Assembly: GCF_963921235.1 (NCBI RefSeq)
Contig: NC_086097.1
Coordinates: 104,100,001-104,164,000, forward strand
Reading direction: 5' to 3'
Source of the DNA: Mobula hypostoma
Lineage: Eukaryota
Length of the DNA stretch: 64,000 nt
Made by a program: the position numbers and the translations under genes. This document shows, piece after piece, positions 38,074 to 49,420 of the stretch; position 1 is the first letter of the stretch; every line of letters begins with the position of its first letter. The notes under the pieces are model-generated. The model worked only from the letters and a program-made list of their open reading frames with translations. It did no database searches and was not told where the DNA came from.

Positions 38074-39580
38074 CAGGTTTCCCCCGCCATCCGAAGGTGG
38101 AGCGTTCCTATGAAACGGTTCGTAAGCCGAAATGTCGTAAAGCGAAGAAGCAATTACCATTTATTTGTAAGGGAAAATTTTGTGAGCATTCGCAGACCCA
38201 AAAATAACCTACCAAATCATGCCAAATAACACACAAAACCTAAAATAACAGTAACATATAGTAAAAGCAGGAATGATGTGATAAATACACAGCCTATATA
38301 AAGTAGAAATATTTTTCCACAATTATTACTGAACTGTTCTCCGTAGCGAAAATCTCACACAAGCGCCGTTGGCAGAAAATCTCACGCAAGCGCTGATGAC
38401 AAGAACACTCTCTCCACTTACCTTTAAGCTAAGAAGCTGCCAAATCATACCAAATAACACATAAAAATACACAGCCAATATAAAGTAGAAATAATGTATG
38501 TACAGTGTAGTATCACTTATGGGAATCGGGAAGACAGCGAGCACACTGATGAAGGTGTGTTGGACTGAGTCGTTGGAGTTTGGGTGGTGCAGTGGCACCC
38601 ACCCTCCAGGCCGCCGACCGATATATTGCCGCGAAGCATGCAGGGGTCCAGCGGTAGCCGGGAGGCACACAGCACATCTTTAAGAAAAAAGCCGAAATAA
38701 ACAAGCTAATTAATTAGGTGCCGCCCGACATGTAATTGTCGGCCCAGATCAGTGCTGATTGCATCGCCTTTGATCTGGGCCAACAATTACGTGTTGGCGG
38801 CACATAATTAATTAGCATGTTTATTTTGGCTTTTTTCTTAAAGATGTGCTGTGTCCCTCCCGGCTACCGTTGCGTTCTCCGCGAATCTGTATCTGTCCGT
38901 GGCCTGGGGGTTGGGGTGGTGGGACACTGGGGTGTCATCTAGTCATCGTCTGTTTTCATTAGAGCAGGCAGCACATCTTCTTCTATCTCTACCTGCCTCG
39001 ATGTCAAAGGTCGAGGTTCGTTGTCTGCTGTGGCTGATGTGGAAGGCTTTCTTGACTGAGCCTCGCGCATTTCACTATCACACAGTTCTTTGTTAGGACT
39101 CAAACCATCCTGCAAATATCTCCTAAGCCGACGTACCCTTTCAAAATTAAAGTTGTACTTTATCATTACTCATTTGGTTTCGATTGTTATCCTTTTTTTT
39201 TCCAATTGCCTCAGCTCTTCATCTGTCAGTTCTTGGTGATGGGATGCCAAAACCTCTTCAACATCATGTTCATCAGCTTCCACAAGCCAAACTCGCGTTG
39301 TCCTTACTTCATTCACCACGATCAAAATGCTTAATTATGTCTAGTTTTACCGTAAGTGTAACACCCTTACGAGCTCTTTCAGGCTTTTCCGATACCTTAG
39401 AACTCATCTTGCAATGGCTCATGTTTAAGCAATGCCGGCGAGAATCTGGGGGAGAGCGGCTGCTCGGGAGGCGCGCTGCTTTTTTTTTCGTAACTGAAAA
39501 CACCTTCTGAAAGTGAAAACAGGGTCTTTCATAACAGTGAGGTTTCGTAAAGCGAACGTTCGAAAAGCGGGGGACACCTG
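38074..39580 (-). mobile_element. Tigger/pogo DNA transposon, internally deleted
   Basis: Inverted repeats CAGGT(T/G)TCCCCCGC; TA duplication (38072-73 and 39581-82); N-terminal CENP-B/psq-type helix-turn-helix MSSKVSEKPERARKGVTLTVKLDIIKHFDRGE joined to the acidic C-terminus; catalytic domain missing. Confidence 0.9.
38651..38870. repeat. Long inverted repeat (about 100-bp arms, about 19-nt loop) within Tigger
   Basis: ggtagccgggaggcacacagcacatctttaagaaaaaagcc...cagatca pairs with tgatctg...ggcttttttcttaaagatgtgctgtgtccctcccggctacc. Confidence 0.9.
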
Positions 39581-39993
39581 TACTTTGGAGGTCTTCCCTC
39601 CTTTATCCTGAACTTGTCTCATTTCAACCGGCCATATTTCTGCTGCCAAGGTGAGAAGTTTACCGGGCTGCCAGTTTCGTATTATTTACAAATTTCAACC
39701 GGCCATCTCGTGAGACATGCGCAACCCCTTTTCCGAATCATCAAATTTCAACCGGCCATATCCTGTCACCCGCAGCAATGTAAAAGAGACAACTGCTTAC
39801 CTAAAATCCTGTATCCAAACGGGTCGTCCGATCCCATCAAGGTACCAGTCCCAATGGGCGAGGGGCAAAAATGCTTGATCGGACACAAGGAGTAGCCAGA
39901 GGTAAACTACCTCGGGGTGCCTGCCACTCAAATTATGTTCGATTCAAGCCCCCTGTCACTTACTCAGCCCAGAGAGACGTTCCCTATGTTGGA

Positions 39994-40011
39994 ATCCGAG
40001 TCACGGCACCA
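39994..40011 (-). promoter_or_regulatory. Primer binding site complementary to tRNA-His
   Basis: TGGTGCCGTGACTCGGAT is the complement of the 3' end of vertebrate tRNA-His(GUG), as in HERV-H. Confidence 0.9.
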
Positions 40012-41239
40012 AATGTAAACGTAACTTTGCTAGATCAAATAACAACAGCACAAAAAGATGGTTACTTATCTTTCCACCCGTTTATTTCTTCGAGCTCAGC
40101 CGGCGAGTGAACTTGGACCCGACATCAGGGAGAGAACCAATCTCATCTCTCCGGCGGTTCAACAAGTTCACTGCCTGATGTCAGAATTGTCAGAAGTTAT
40201 AAGGCTACCGATACAAAAGAACAATCAGTTTGATAACTATTCCGCTCAAGTCAATGGACTATTGATACAAAAGTACAATCAATTTGTTAGACACTCCAGC
40301 CACCTTAATTAAAGAAAAGAATGTCCTACCTGGTTTGCTGGAGCCACAACTTAATTACAAAGATAAGAACATCCATCAAATTTATGCTTTAATTAAGAAA
40401 GGAATGTTCTGTCCAATTTCCATCAGGTACTGCTTTTTGTCAAAATCAAAAGGTGTGAAAAGCCCAGAGAAATCTTATGTGGATCTGGGTGAACTTTAAC
40501 CCTCATCTTACTCCAAAGAAAGCAGCTGTGAGACATTATTCAAACACACTGCAGTCACAGACATAGTCAGTACTTATTTCATTGTTTACAGGGATCTGAG
40601 AATCCCCCATTCCCTTAAATTTTATCAGTTTTTCTCCTCTTCTCAAGGAATATACTGTAGATGCCTCTGGAAGTGCATTTTCTTACTATTTTGGTAGTGT
40701 CTTTATTTATCCTCTTGGCTGTTAGATAATATATGAATTTATTTTCATTCCTTTCCGGGAGTGAAGCTGCTGAATATATTCTAGGAGTGTTTGACCTGAA
40801 GATTTAGATCCTATATGGAGCACTTTCCAGCACTTGGAGTTGTTGGCAAGAGTCATATGATATTTGTTGATACTAGGAGAAACAATGCTGATTATCAAGG
40901 GGATCTTTATTCTACTAATGAAAGTAAATATTTTCACACATCATCCAAATATGACAGCACACTGCATTGTAGCTGCATTAGCAAAGTATGCTATGTGAGT
41001 GTTGCTCAGAGTACATTATGAAGTACTAATTTTTCCCCTTGGCTTCACAAAGTGTTATTTTGGATTATTTAAAACAATCAGCAGATATATCTGACTGTGC
41101 AACTTGAAATAAGCTGCTTGCAAGAATATTAGTGAATTCAAAGAGGTTTTTTAAAAATTTAGTTTAACATCCCTATCTTAGTTGAAGTATCTTAATATGA
41201 ATTGAGAAAGCAACTTGCCTGTATAGTAAGTTTTTAAGT

Positions 41240-42390
41240 GCAAAGAGCAAGTGGCATCTGATAGGAAAGTTAGTGGAGAGGATTCTGAGGGATGAGATAC
41301 ACATGCGTCTTGAAAAGCAGGAGTTGATTCAGGGTAATCAGCATGGCTTTGTGCATGGGAGATCAGGTCTTGTGAATTTGAGTCTTTTGATGTGACCAGG
41401 AAAGTTGATGAAAGTAGAGTGGTTGATGTGGTTTATAAGGCCTTTAAGGTTTCACAAGGTAGGCAGCTCTGGAAGGTTAGATCACATGGAATCTAGGAAG
41501 AGCTGGCAAATTGGATATGTGATTGGCTTGATAGAAAACTGAGGGTGATGTTGGAAGGGTATTTCTTGGACTAGTGGTGTACCTCAGGAGTCGGAGCTGT
41601 TTCCATTGTTGTTTGTCATCTGTATTCATAATTTAAATGAGAATGTACAAGGCATGGTTCGTAAGCTTGCAGATGACACTAAAATAGCTGGTATAGTGGA
41701 GAATGAGGCAGGTGATCAAAAACTAGAGAGATCTTGATTTGCTGAGTAAGTGAGCCGAGGAATGACAAATGAAATTTAGTTTGGATAAATGTGAGGTTTT
41801 TCATTTTGCTCTGTCAAATCCAAGTAGGAATTTCAGTGAATGGCAGGGCTGTGATGAGTGTTGTCAAGCAGTGGGACTTGGAGTATTGTATTTAGTTTTG
41901 GTTGCTGTGCTATAGGAAAGATGTGAATATTTTCTGTTCGGTTTTATAACAAGTCTGTTGCCAAGATTTGAAGGACTGAGTTATAGGGAGCAGTTGGACA
42001 AACTAGGACTTTATTCCTTGGAGTGTAGGAGACTGAGAGTTGATGTATCGAAGTGAAAACAATTATCAGGAGTATAGGTAGAGTGAATGCACTCTTTTTT
42101 TCCATGTGGTTGGGGAATTAGAGGGCATGGGTTTAAGGAGAGGAGGAAAGATTTCATAGGAACTTAAGGACAATATTTTTTGTACAAAGGGTGTTAGCTA
42201 AGCAGATTGAACAGCCAGTGGAATTGGTTGAGGCAGGTACAACTTTAAAAGGCAGTTGGATAGGTATGTGGATTGGAACTATTTAGAAGGTTATGGGCCA
42301 AATACTGGCAAATGGGATTAAGTTGGATGAGACATCTTGGTTGGGATGGACCGGTTGAGCTATAGTGCCTTTTTCTGTGCTCTCTAACTC
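41240..42390 (+). mobile_element. Old decayed CR1 RT and 3' end
   Basis: cagcatggctttgtgcatggg (QHGF), aagcttgcagatgacactaaaatag (KxADDTK) and a CR1 tail. Confidence 0.75.
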
Positions 42391-42884
42391 TATGGTTTTG
42401 AACATGACATTGTGAGGAATTCTGCATTGTTTGAATCATGGGCCATGGGAACTTTTGATAATGCAGCCTTGCCTCAGTTGCACAAAAGTTCAGCCCAAGT
42501 TTATGTTAATATTCTAGTATTGATCTTGAATATGCAATCTAATGGCATTACAAATTTTATATATGATCAAAAAAAAACCTTGGCTCATCTTTAAGAAACT
42601 GTTTCATCGATTGGTGTGCTAGTTTTCTGGTTGAAAATACTGTTTATTTTTTCTTTGATAAATTGGCTTATACTGAAAGTGCGGTTTATAAAATGTTAAT
42701 ATATCTGCAAACATGTTGAATACCTGAAGGTGGTCTTTGACTCAAATAAGGACAGAATAGCTGAACCACAGTCACTGGCAACATTTACAGGTCGGAAGAA
42801 GTCACAGAGCAAGGGCAGGTACCACTTAGGCCATCTCCCCACTTCTCTTGAGAAGGTAGTGATTTCCATTTATCATTTCAAGTG

Positions 42885-43405
42885 CAGACACAAGAGATGA
42901 CTGATACTGGAATCAGGAATGGAAAGCAAATTGCTGAAGGAACTTCACAGGTCGGGCAGCATCTATGGATGCAACTGGACAGTTAACATTTTGGGTTGTG
43001 GCCCTGGCACTGAGAGGTAAAGGGCAAATGGCCAGAAAAGAGGTTGTGGAGGAGGGGTGAGGCAGTCTTTGACAAGCAATAAGTGGAACTTGGTGAGGAG
43101 GAGCTTGATGTGCAAATGGAACCAGGTGTTGGAGGATATGAAACTTAATGGGTTGAGGGTGTGAATAGAACCAAGTGGGTCAGGGGATAGAAACTGGGTC
43201 TTGAGGCTGGAGAAGTGATTGAAAAGGAGGAAGAGTGGGATGAGAGAACCTAGGTGGATCAGGACAAAAAGGAACATTGTGTGGGTTAACCAAAATTGTT
43301 TATATCATTGGATTATGGACTTCCCAGGCAGAATAAGAGGCTTTTTAGTTTGTATTTGGCCTCATGCTAGCAATGGATAAGACTGAGGGGAGACTGGTTG
43401 GTGTG
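42885..43405 (-). mobile_element. Old Penelope-like terminal fragment
   Basis: Degenerate match to the terminal repeat (gctgaaggaact...gggcagcatctatgga...gttaacattttggg). Confidence 0.55.
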
Positions 43406-43527
43406 TTTGCAAGTTCTCTTGTAATTAAAATGAAAATTTTATTATTTCACAATCTGTGATGTAATCTTTCAATTGTATGAGTGCAAATTATAGCATAATG
43501 AGTTTGTATGTAGCCTTATTTGAAACA

Positions 43528-43713
43528 TGTTCGTCCATCGTCATTGTCGATGAAGACCTCGACACAATTGATGGTGTTGAGACTAGCGTGTGATTTGGAT
43601 TTAAGTGAGGGAGAGTTGCGCAGCGTCAGCCTCACTCTCTCTTCCCAATTCCCATCTGGATCCAGTGGCAAGACAGAGTCGAGACGGCTGGAGATGGGGC
43701 TAGGCGCAGTGGA
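43528..43713 (-). mobile_element. Short RTE-derived non-autonomous element
   Basis: 7-bp duplication TGAAACA (43521-27 and 43714-20); RTE-like 3' end gtcttcatcgacaatgacgatggacgaaca; CpGs retained. Confidence 0.6.
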
Positions 43714-45119
43714 TGAAACAGCTTGTTACTGGTGATCATTTCAGAAGTCCCAATTTGCTGAGTGTTCTGTGTTCCACACCCCCAACTACCACTACTTAAT
43801 TATTTCCTGTCAGTCAACTTGTCTGGCGACACTCCCATACCTAGCACTATCAATCTGTGTAGAAACCTTCTTGTATATTTATATTTATTGTGTTTTTTTA
43901 TTATAATTGTTTGTGTTTTTTGTGCTGCATCAGATCCAGAGTAACAATTATCTTGTTCTTTACAATTGTGTACTGAAAATAACATTAAACAATCTTGAAG
44001 AATAGTATAGGATTAAATTCATATCTTTAAATAACTTGTTTCATCCGGTTTGTGTGTTTTCTGTTGAATGTTGAAATTTGTCACTTCCTGTTGCAAAGTT
44101 CATGTCATATGATTATTTTCTGCTGACCTCTTCCTTCTGAGTTTAATGATGCAACAGGCTCTGTCATTTTGTGTCTGTATTATAGACACAATCCTTGGAA
44201 AATATTCAGATTTCATTATATTGTCTTGACCTTGTTTAAACAATGAAGTTGGATGATTGGTAAACTCTGCTGCCAGTTACAAGAAATGGACATTTGCTGT
44301 GCTCTGGAATTTGCTTTCCTTACATGGTGACATTGCTGATGCAGTGGAGCAGTAATCCTCCCTCTACAGAATAGTTACAGTGGTGGCAGAGTTACTGGAG
44401 AAGCATCCAGACCCAGGTCGTGTCAAGGCCCTGCTCTAGTAGCTAGGGAAATTGATTTCATTAATTCTGCTATTAAAGAGAAGTGTCAGTAATAGTAGCC
44501 ATGAAGCTATTGATATTTTTTTTTGGTAAAAATCTACTTGGGACGGGATGGAAATGTGCTCCTCGATGTTTGGGGACAGGGTGGGAGGGGGGAGGAAGAG
44601 AGACAAGCATAGAAGGAGAATATAGCGTCCTTCTGGTGGCTTAAAAGTTGCTGATTAATTGCACATGGGTATATGCTGCATCAGATTGAAACATGGAGGT
44701 GAACGTGGAGTGGGAGCGCCTGCTGCCTGCCTCTTGATCGCTGGTGGGATAACTGCAACTGGAGAGGGGAGACTGCCGCAGCGCCCAGGAAATGTTACCC
44801 AGGTTTTCTGTGTTTTGGATATAGGTATTAATATGGACTTGGACTATGAACTTTTTCAGTATTATAGTTTTTTTATATTCTGTGTTTATTGTATGATCTA
44901 GTTTTTTTTTCTATGCAGGGGAGGGGGATTTGAGGGACGATGTGCCTGTTCCATTTTTCAGTTTCCTGTTTGGGGAGGAGGGATTTGGGGGTTGATAATC
45001 GTGCTACCATTCATTTCTTTCTTGGTTTCGTGGCTATCTGGAGAAGAATTTCAGAGTTAGATACTTTGATAATAAATGAACCTTTGAACCTGCTGCTGCT
45101 GCCAGGTGTTACACCTGTT

Positions 45120-45845
45120 TGTTGAATGTCACAAACAAAGGAGCTGGTGGTGGACTACAGGAGGAATGGAGACTGGCTAAACCCTATGGACATCGATGGA
45201 TCTGAGGTTGAGAGGGTAAACAGCTTTAAGTTCCTCAGAATACACATTATTGAGGATCTCACGTGGTCTGTACACACCAGCTGTATGGTAAAAAAGGCAC
45301 AACAGCGTCTCTTTCACGTCAGATGGTTGAAGTTTGGTTTGGACCCCCAAATCCTAAGAACTTTCTATAGGGGCACAATTGAGAGCATCTTGACTGGCTG
45401 CATCACTGCCTGGTATGGGAACTGTACCTCCCTTAATCACAGGACTCTGCAGAGAGTGGTGCAGACAGCCCAGCGCATCTGTAGATGTGAACTTCCCACT
45501 ATTCAGGATATTTACAAACACAGGTGTGTAAAAAGGGCCTGAAGGATCATTAGAGACCCAAGTCACCCCACTCACAAACTGTTCCAGCTGCTAGCATGCG
45601 GGAAACGGTACTGCAGCATAAAAGCCAGGATCAGCAGTCTCCGGGACAGCTTCTTCCACCAGGCCATCAGACTGCTTAACTCACGCTGACACAACTGTAT
45701 TTCTATGTTATATTGACTATCCTGTTGTACATACTATTTATTATAAATTACTATAATTGTACAATGCACATTTAGACGGAGATGTAACATAAAGATTTTT
45801 GCTTCTCATGTATATGAAGGATGTAAATAATAAAAGTCGATTCAG
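45120..45845 (+). mobile_element. Rex1/Babar LINE 3' fragment (same family as 3890-4712)
   Basis: TKELVVDYRRN...VERVNSFKFL...ILRTFYRGTIESILTGCITAWYGNC; matching tail. Confidence 0.88.
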
Positions 45846-46189
45846 TTGGCTGGGTTGAATGAATGGAAAAATGTGGGTGCATATGTGTGATCTGAGAACA
45901 CTTGCATCTGGCTGAAAGCAGTGTTGTGCAACTACTGAGGCTGGTCATAGAACTTCTCAGCACAAATAGGCCATCTCGTCCATCCCCAACTTATTTTGTC
46001 AAGACCCATCAACTTGCACCTGGACCATTCCCTTCCCATCCATTAATTATACAAACTTCACTTAAATGTTGAAATTGAACCTATATCCATCACTTCTGCT
46101 AGTAGCTCGTTCCACACTCTCACCACCTGTAAAGAAATTCCCCTTAAACATTTCACCTTTCACCATTAACCCATGACCTCTAGTTCTAA

Positions 46190-46388
46190 CACAAAATGCT
46201 GGAGGAACTCAGCAGACCAGGCAGCATCTATGGAAGAATATTCAGTTGACATTTTGGGCGAGACCCTTCAGCAGGACTGAAATGTCAATTGTTTTTTATT
46301 GCATAGATGCTGCCTGGCCTGCTGAGCTCCCCCAGCATTTTGTGCATGTTGCTTGGATTTCCAGCATCTGCAGATTTTCTCTTGTTTG
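46190..46388. mobile_element. Fold-back solo Penelope-like terminal repeat with 16-bp target duplication, inside an antisense CR1 tail (45945-46450)
   Basis: Inverted copies of the terminal repeat; duplication TGACCTCTAG(T/C)TCTAA at 46174-46189 and 46389-46404; the empty site is visible in the related CR1 at about 3445-3460. Confidence 0.85.
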
Positions 46389-46484
46389 TGACCTCTAGCT
46401 CTAATCTCACCCAACCTCAGTCGAAAAAGCCTGCTTGCACTTTATCTATGTCCTACACAACGTGTAATCTTTTATTTATATATC

Positions 46485-49420
46485 AAAAAAATACCAAGGT
46501 AAGCTAGCCAATAATATTAAAGAGGATACCAAAAGTTTTTTCAGATATTTAATGAGATGAGAGTAGATATTTTACTACTGGAAAGTGATGCTGGAGAGGA
46601 AACAGTGGACAAACTGAAGGTTCCTGGAAAACTGAAAGGTCTGAAGGTCGATAGGCCACCTGGACCAGATGGTGTACGCCCAAAGGTTCTGAAAGAGGTG
46701 GCTGAAGAGATTGCAGAGGCATTAGTAATGATCTTTCAAGAATCACTAGATTCTGGAAGACTGGAAAATTACGAATGTCACTCCAATCTTCAGAAGGGAG
46801 GGAGGCAGAGGAAAGGAAGCTATAGGCTAAGATGCTGGAATCAATTATAAAAGATGTAATAGCGGCATATTTGGATAGCAGTGGCAGGATAGGTCCAAGT
46901 CAGCATGGATTTACGAAGGGGAAATCATGCTTGACTAATCTTCCGGAATTTTTTGAGAATGTAACTATGAAAATGGACATGGGAAAGCCAGTGGATGTAG
47001 TGTACCTGGACTTTCAGAAAGCCTTTGATAAGGTCCCACATAGGAGGTTAGTGTGCAAAATTAGAGCAAATGGTATTGGGGGTAGGGTACAGACATGGAT
47101 AGAAAATTGGTTGGCAGACAGGAAACAGAGTAGGGATTAATGGGTCCTTTTCAGAATGGCAGGCAGTGACTAGTGGGGTACCGCAAGGCTCGATGCTGGG
47201 ACCACAGCTATTTACAATATACATTAATGATTTAGATGAAGTAACATTAGCAAATTTGCAGAGGACACAAAGCTGGGTGAAATGTGAGGAGGATGTTATG
47301 AGAATGCAGGGTGACTTGGACAGGATGGGTGAGTGGGCAGATGCAGTTTAATGTGGATAAATGTGAGGTTATCCACTTTGGTGGCAAGAACAGGAAGGCA
47401 GATTACTATCTGAATGGTGTCAAGTTAGGAAAAGGGGAAGTACAACAAGATCTAGGTGTCCTTGTTCATCAGTTACTGAAAGTAAGCAGGCAGTGAAGAA
47501 AGCTAATGGTATGCTGGCCTTCATGACGAGGGGAGTTGAGTATATGAGCAAAGAGGTCCTTCTGCAGTTGTACAGGGTACTGGTGAGACCACACCTGGAA
47601 TATTGTGTACAGTTTTGGTCTCTAAATTTAAGGAAGGACATTCTAGCTATTGAGGGAGTGCAGCGTAGGTTCACAAGGTTAATCCCCAGGATGGAGGGAC
47701 TGTCATATGTTGAAAGATTGGAGCGACTGGGCTTGTATACACTGGAATTTAGAAGGATGAGAGGGGATCTGATTGAAACATATAAGATTATTAAGGGATT
47801 GGACACACTAGAGGCAGGAAGTATGTTCCTGATGTTGGGGGAGTCCAGAACCAGAGGCCACAGTTTAAGAATAAGGGGTAGACAATTTAGAATGGAGTTG
47901 AGGAAAAACTTTTTCACACAGAGGGTTGTGGTTCTGTGGAATGCTCTGCCCCAGAAGGCAGTGGAGGCCAATTCTCTGGATTCTTTCAAGAAAGAGTTAG
48001 ATAGAGCTCTTGAAGATAGTGGAGTGAAGGGATATGGGGAGAAGGCAGGAAAAGGGTACTGATTGTGGATGATCAGCCATGATCACAGTGAATGGTGGTG
48101 CTGGCTCGAAGGGCTGAATGGCCTACTCCTGTACCTATTGTCTATTGGCTAGTTAGTCTGACCTCAGTGGTTGGGAAGATGTTGGAATCAATTGTTTAGG
48201 ATGTGGTTTCAGGGTACCTGGAGGCACATGATAAAATAGGCCAAAGTCAGTATGGTTTCCTTAAGGGAAAATGTTAGCTGACTAATCTGTTGGGATTCTT
48301 TGAAGAAGTAACAAGCAAAATAGACAAAGGAGAATCAGTGGATGTTGTGTACTTGGATTTTCAGAAGACCTTTTACAAGGTGCCACATGTGAGGTTGCTT
48401 AACAAGCTACAAGTCCTTGGCATTACTAAAGATTCTAGCATGGATAAAGCAATGGCTTATTGGCAGGAGGCAAAGAGTGGGAATAAATGGAGCCTTTTCT
48501 GGTTGGTTGCCGGTGACTAGTAGACAAGGGTCGGTGTTGGGACTGCTTTTTGTGTTATATGTCAATGATTTGGATGTGGCCTTGTTACAATGCTTGCAGA
48601 TGATATGAAGTTAAGTGGCAGGGCAGGTAGTTTTGAGGAAATAGAAAGGTGACAGAAGGACAGATTAGGAGGATGGCAAAGGAATGGCAGATGGAATGCA
48701 GTGTTGGGAAGCGTGTGTTCATGCACTTTGATAGAAGAAATGAAAAGGTTGACTATTTTCTAGATAGAGAGAAAATATTAAAAAAGAGATGTAAAGAGAC
48801 TTGGGAGTCCTTGTGTGGGATTTCCTAAAGATTAATTTACAGATTGAGTTTGTGGTGAGAAAGGCAAATGTGATATTAGCATTCACTTCAAGAGGACCAG
48901 AATATAAAATAAAGTATGTAATGTTGGGATCTTATAATGCACCAGTGAGGCCTTGGAGTATTGTGAGAAGCTTTGGGCCCTTATCTTAGAAAGAATGTGC
49001 TGGTACTGGAGAGGGTTCAAAGGAGGTTCACGAAAATGATTCCAGGATTGAATGGCTTGTCATTTGAAGAGTGTTTGGCTCTGGGCCTGTATTGACTGGA
49101 ATTCAGAAGAATGAGGGGTGGTCTCATTGAAACCTATTGAATGGTTAAAGACCTTGATAGAGTGGATGTGAAGGGGATGTCTCCTATGGTGGGAAAGTCT
49201 AAGAGCAGAGAACACAGACTCAGAATAGAGGGACGCTCATTAAGAACGGAGATGAAGAATTTCTTTCGACAAAGTGGTGAATCTGTGAAGTTCATTGCCA
49301 GAATTGGCTGTGGAGGTCAAGTCTCTGGGTATATTTACGGCTGAGGTTGATAGATTCTTGATTAGTCATGGCATGAAGGGATATGGGTAGAAAGTGGGAG
49401 ATTAGGGCTGAGGGGGTAAT
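46485..49420 (+). mobile_element. Older CR1 ORF2 with a younger CR1 (46830-48146) nested in the same orientation
   Basis: Two consecutive RT-to-3' UTR runs; the inner copy ends in ctattgtctatt and is flanked by GGCTA. Confidence 0.85.

Larger units (their letters stand above)
35220..40290 (-). mobile_element. Defective endogenous retrovirus: 5' LTR, tRNA-His primer site, leader, gag, partial protease
   Basis: Primer site TGGTGCCGTGACTCGGAT (39994-40011) two bases from the LTR end CA; gag starts MGQALD at 37626; capsid-like ORF 36364-36843; protease-like GCNLAE*DLLCLL near 35260-35300. Outer LTR boundary is approximate. Confidence 0.8.
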
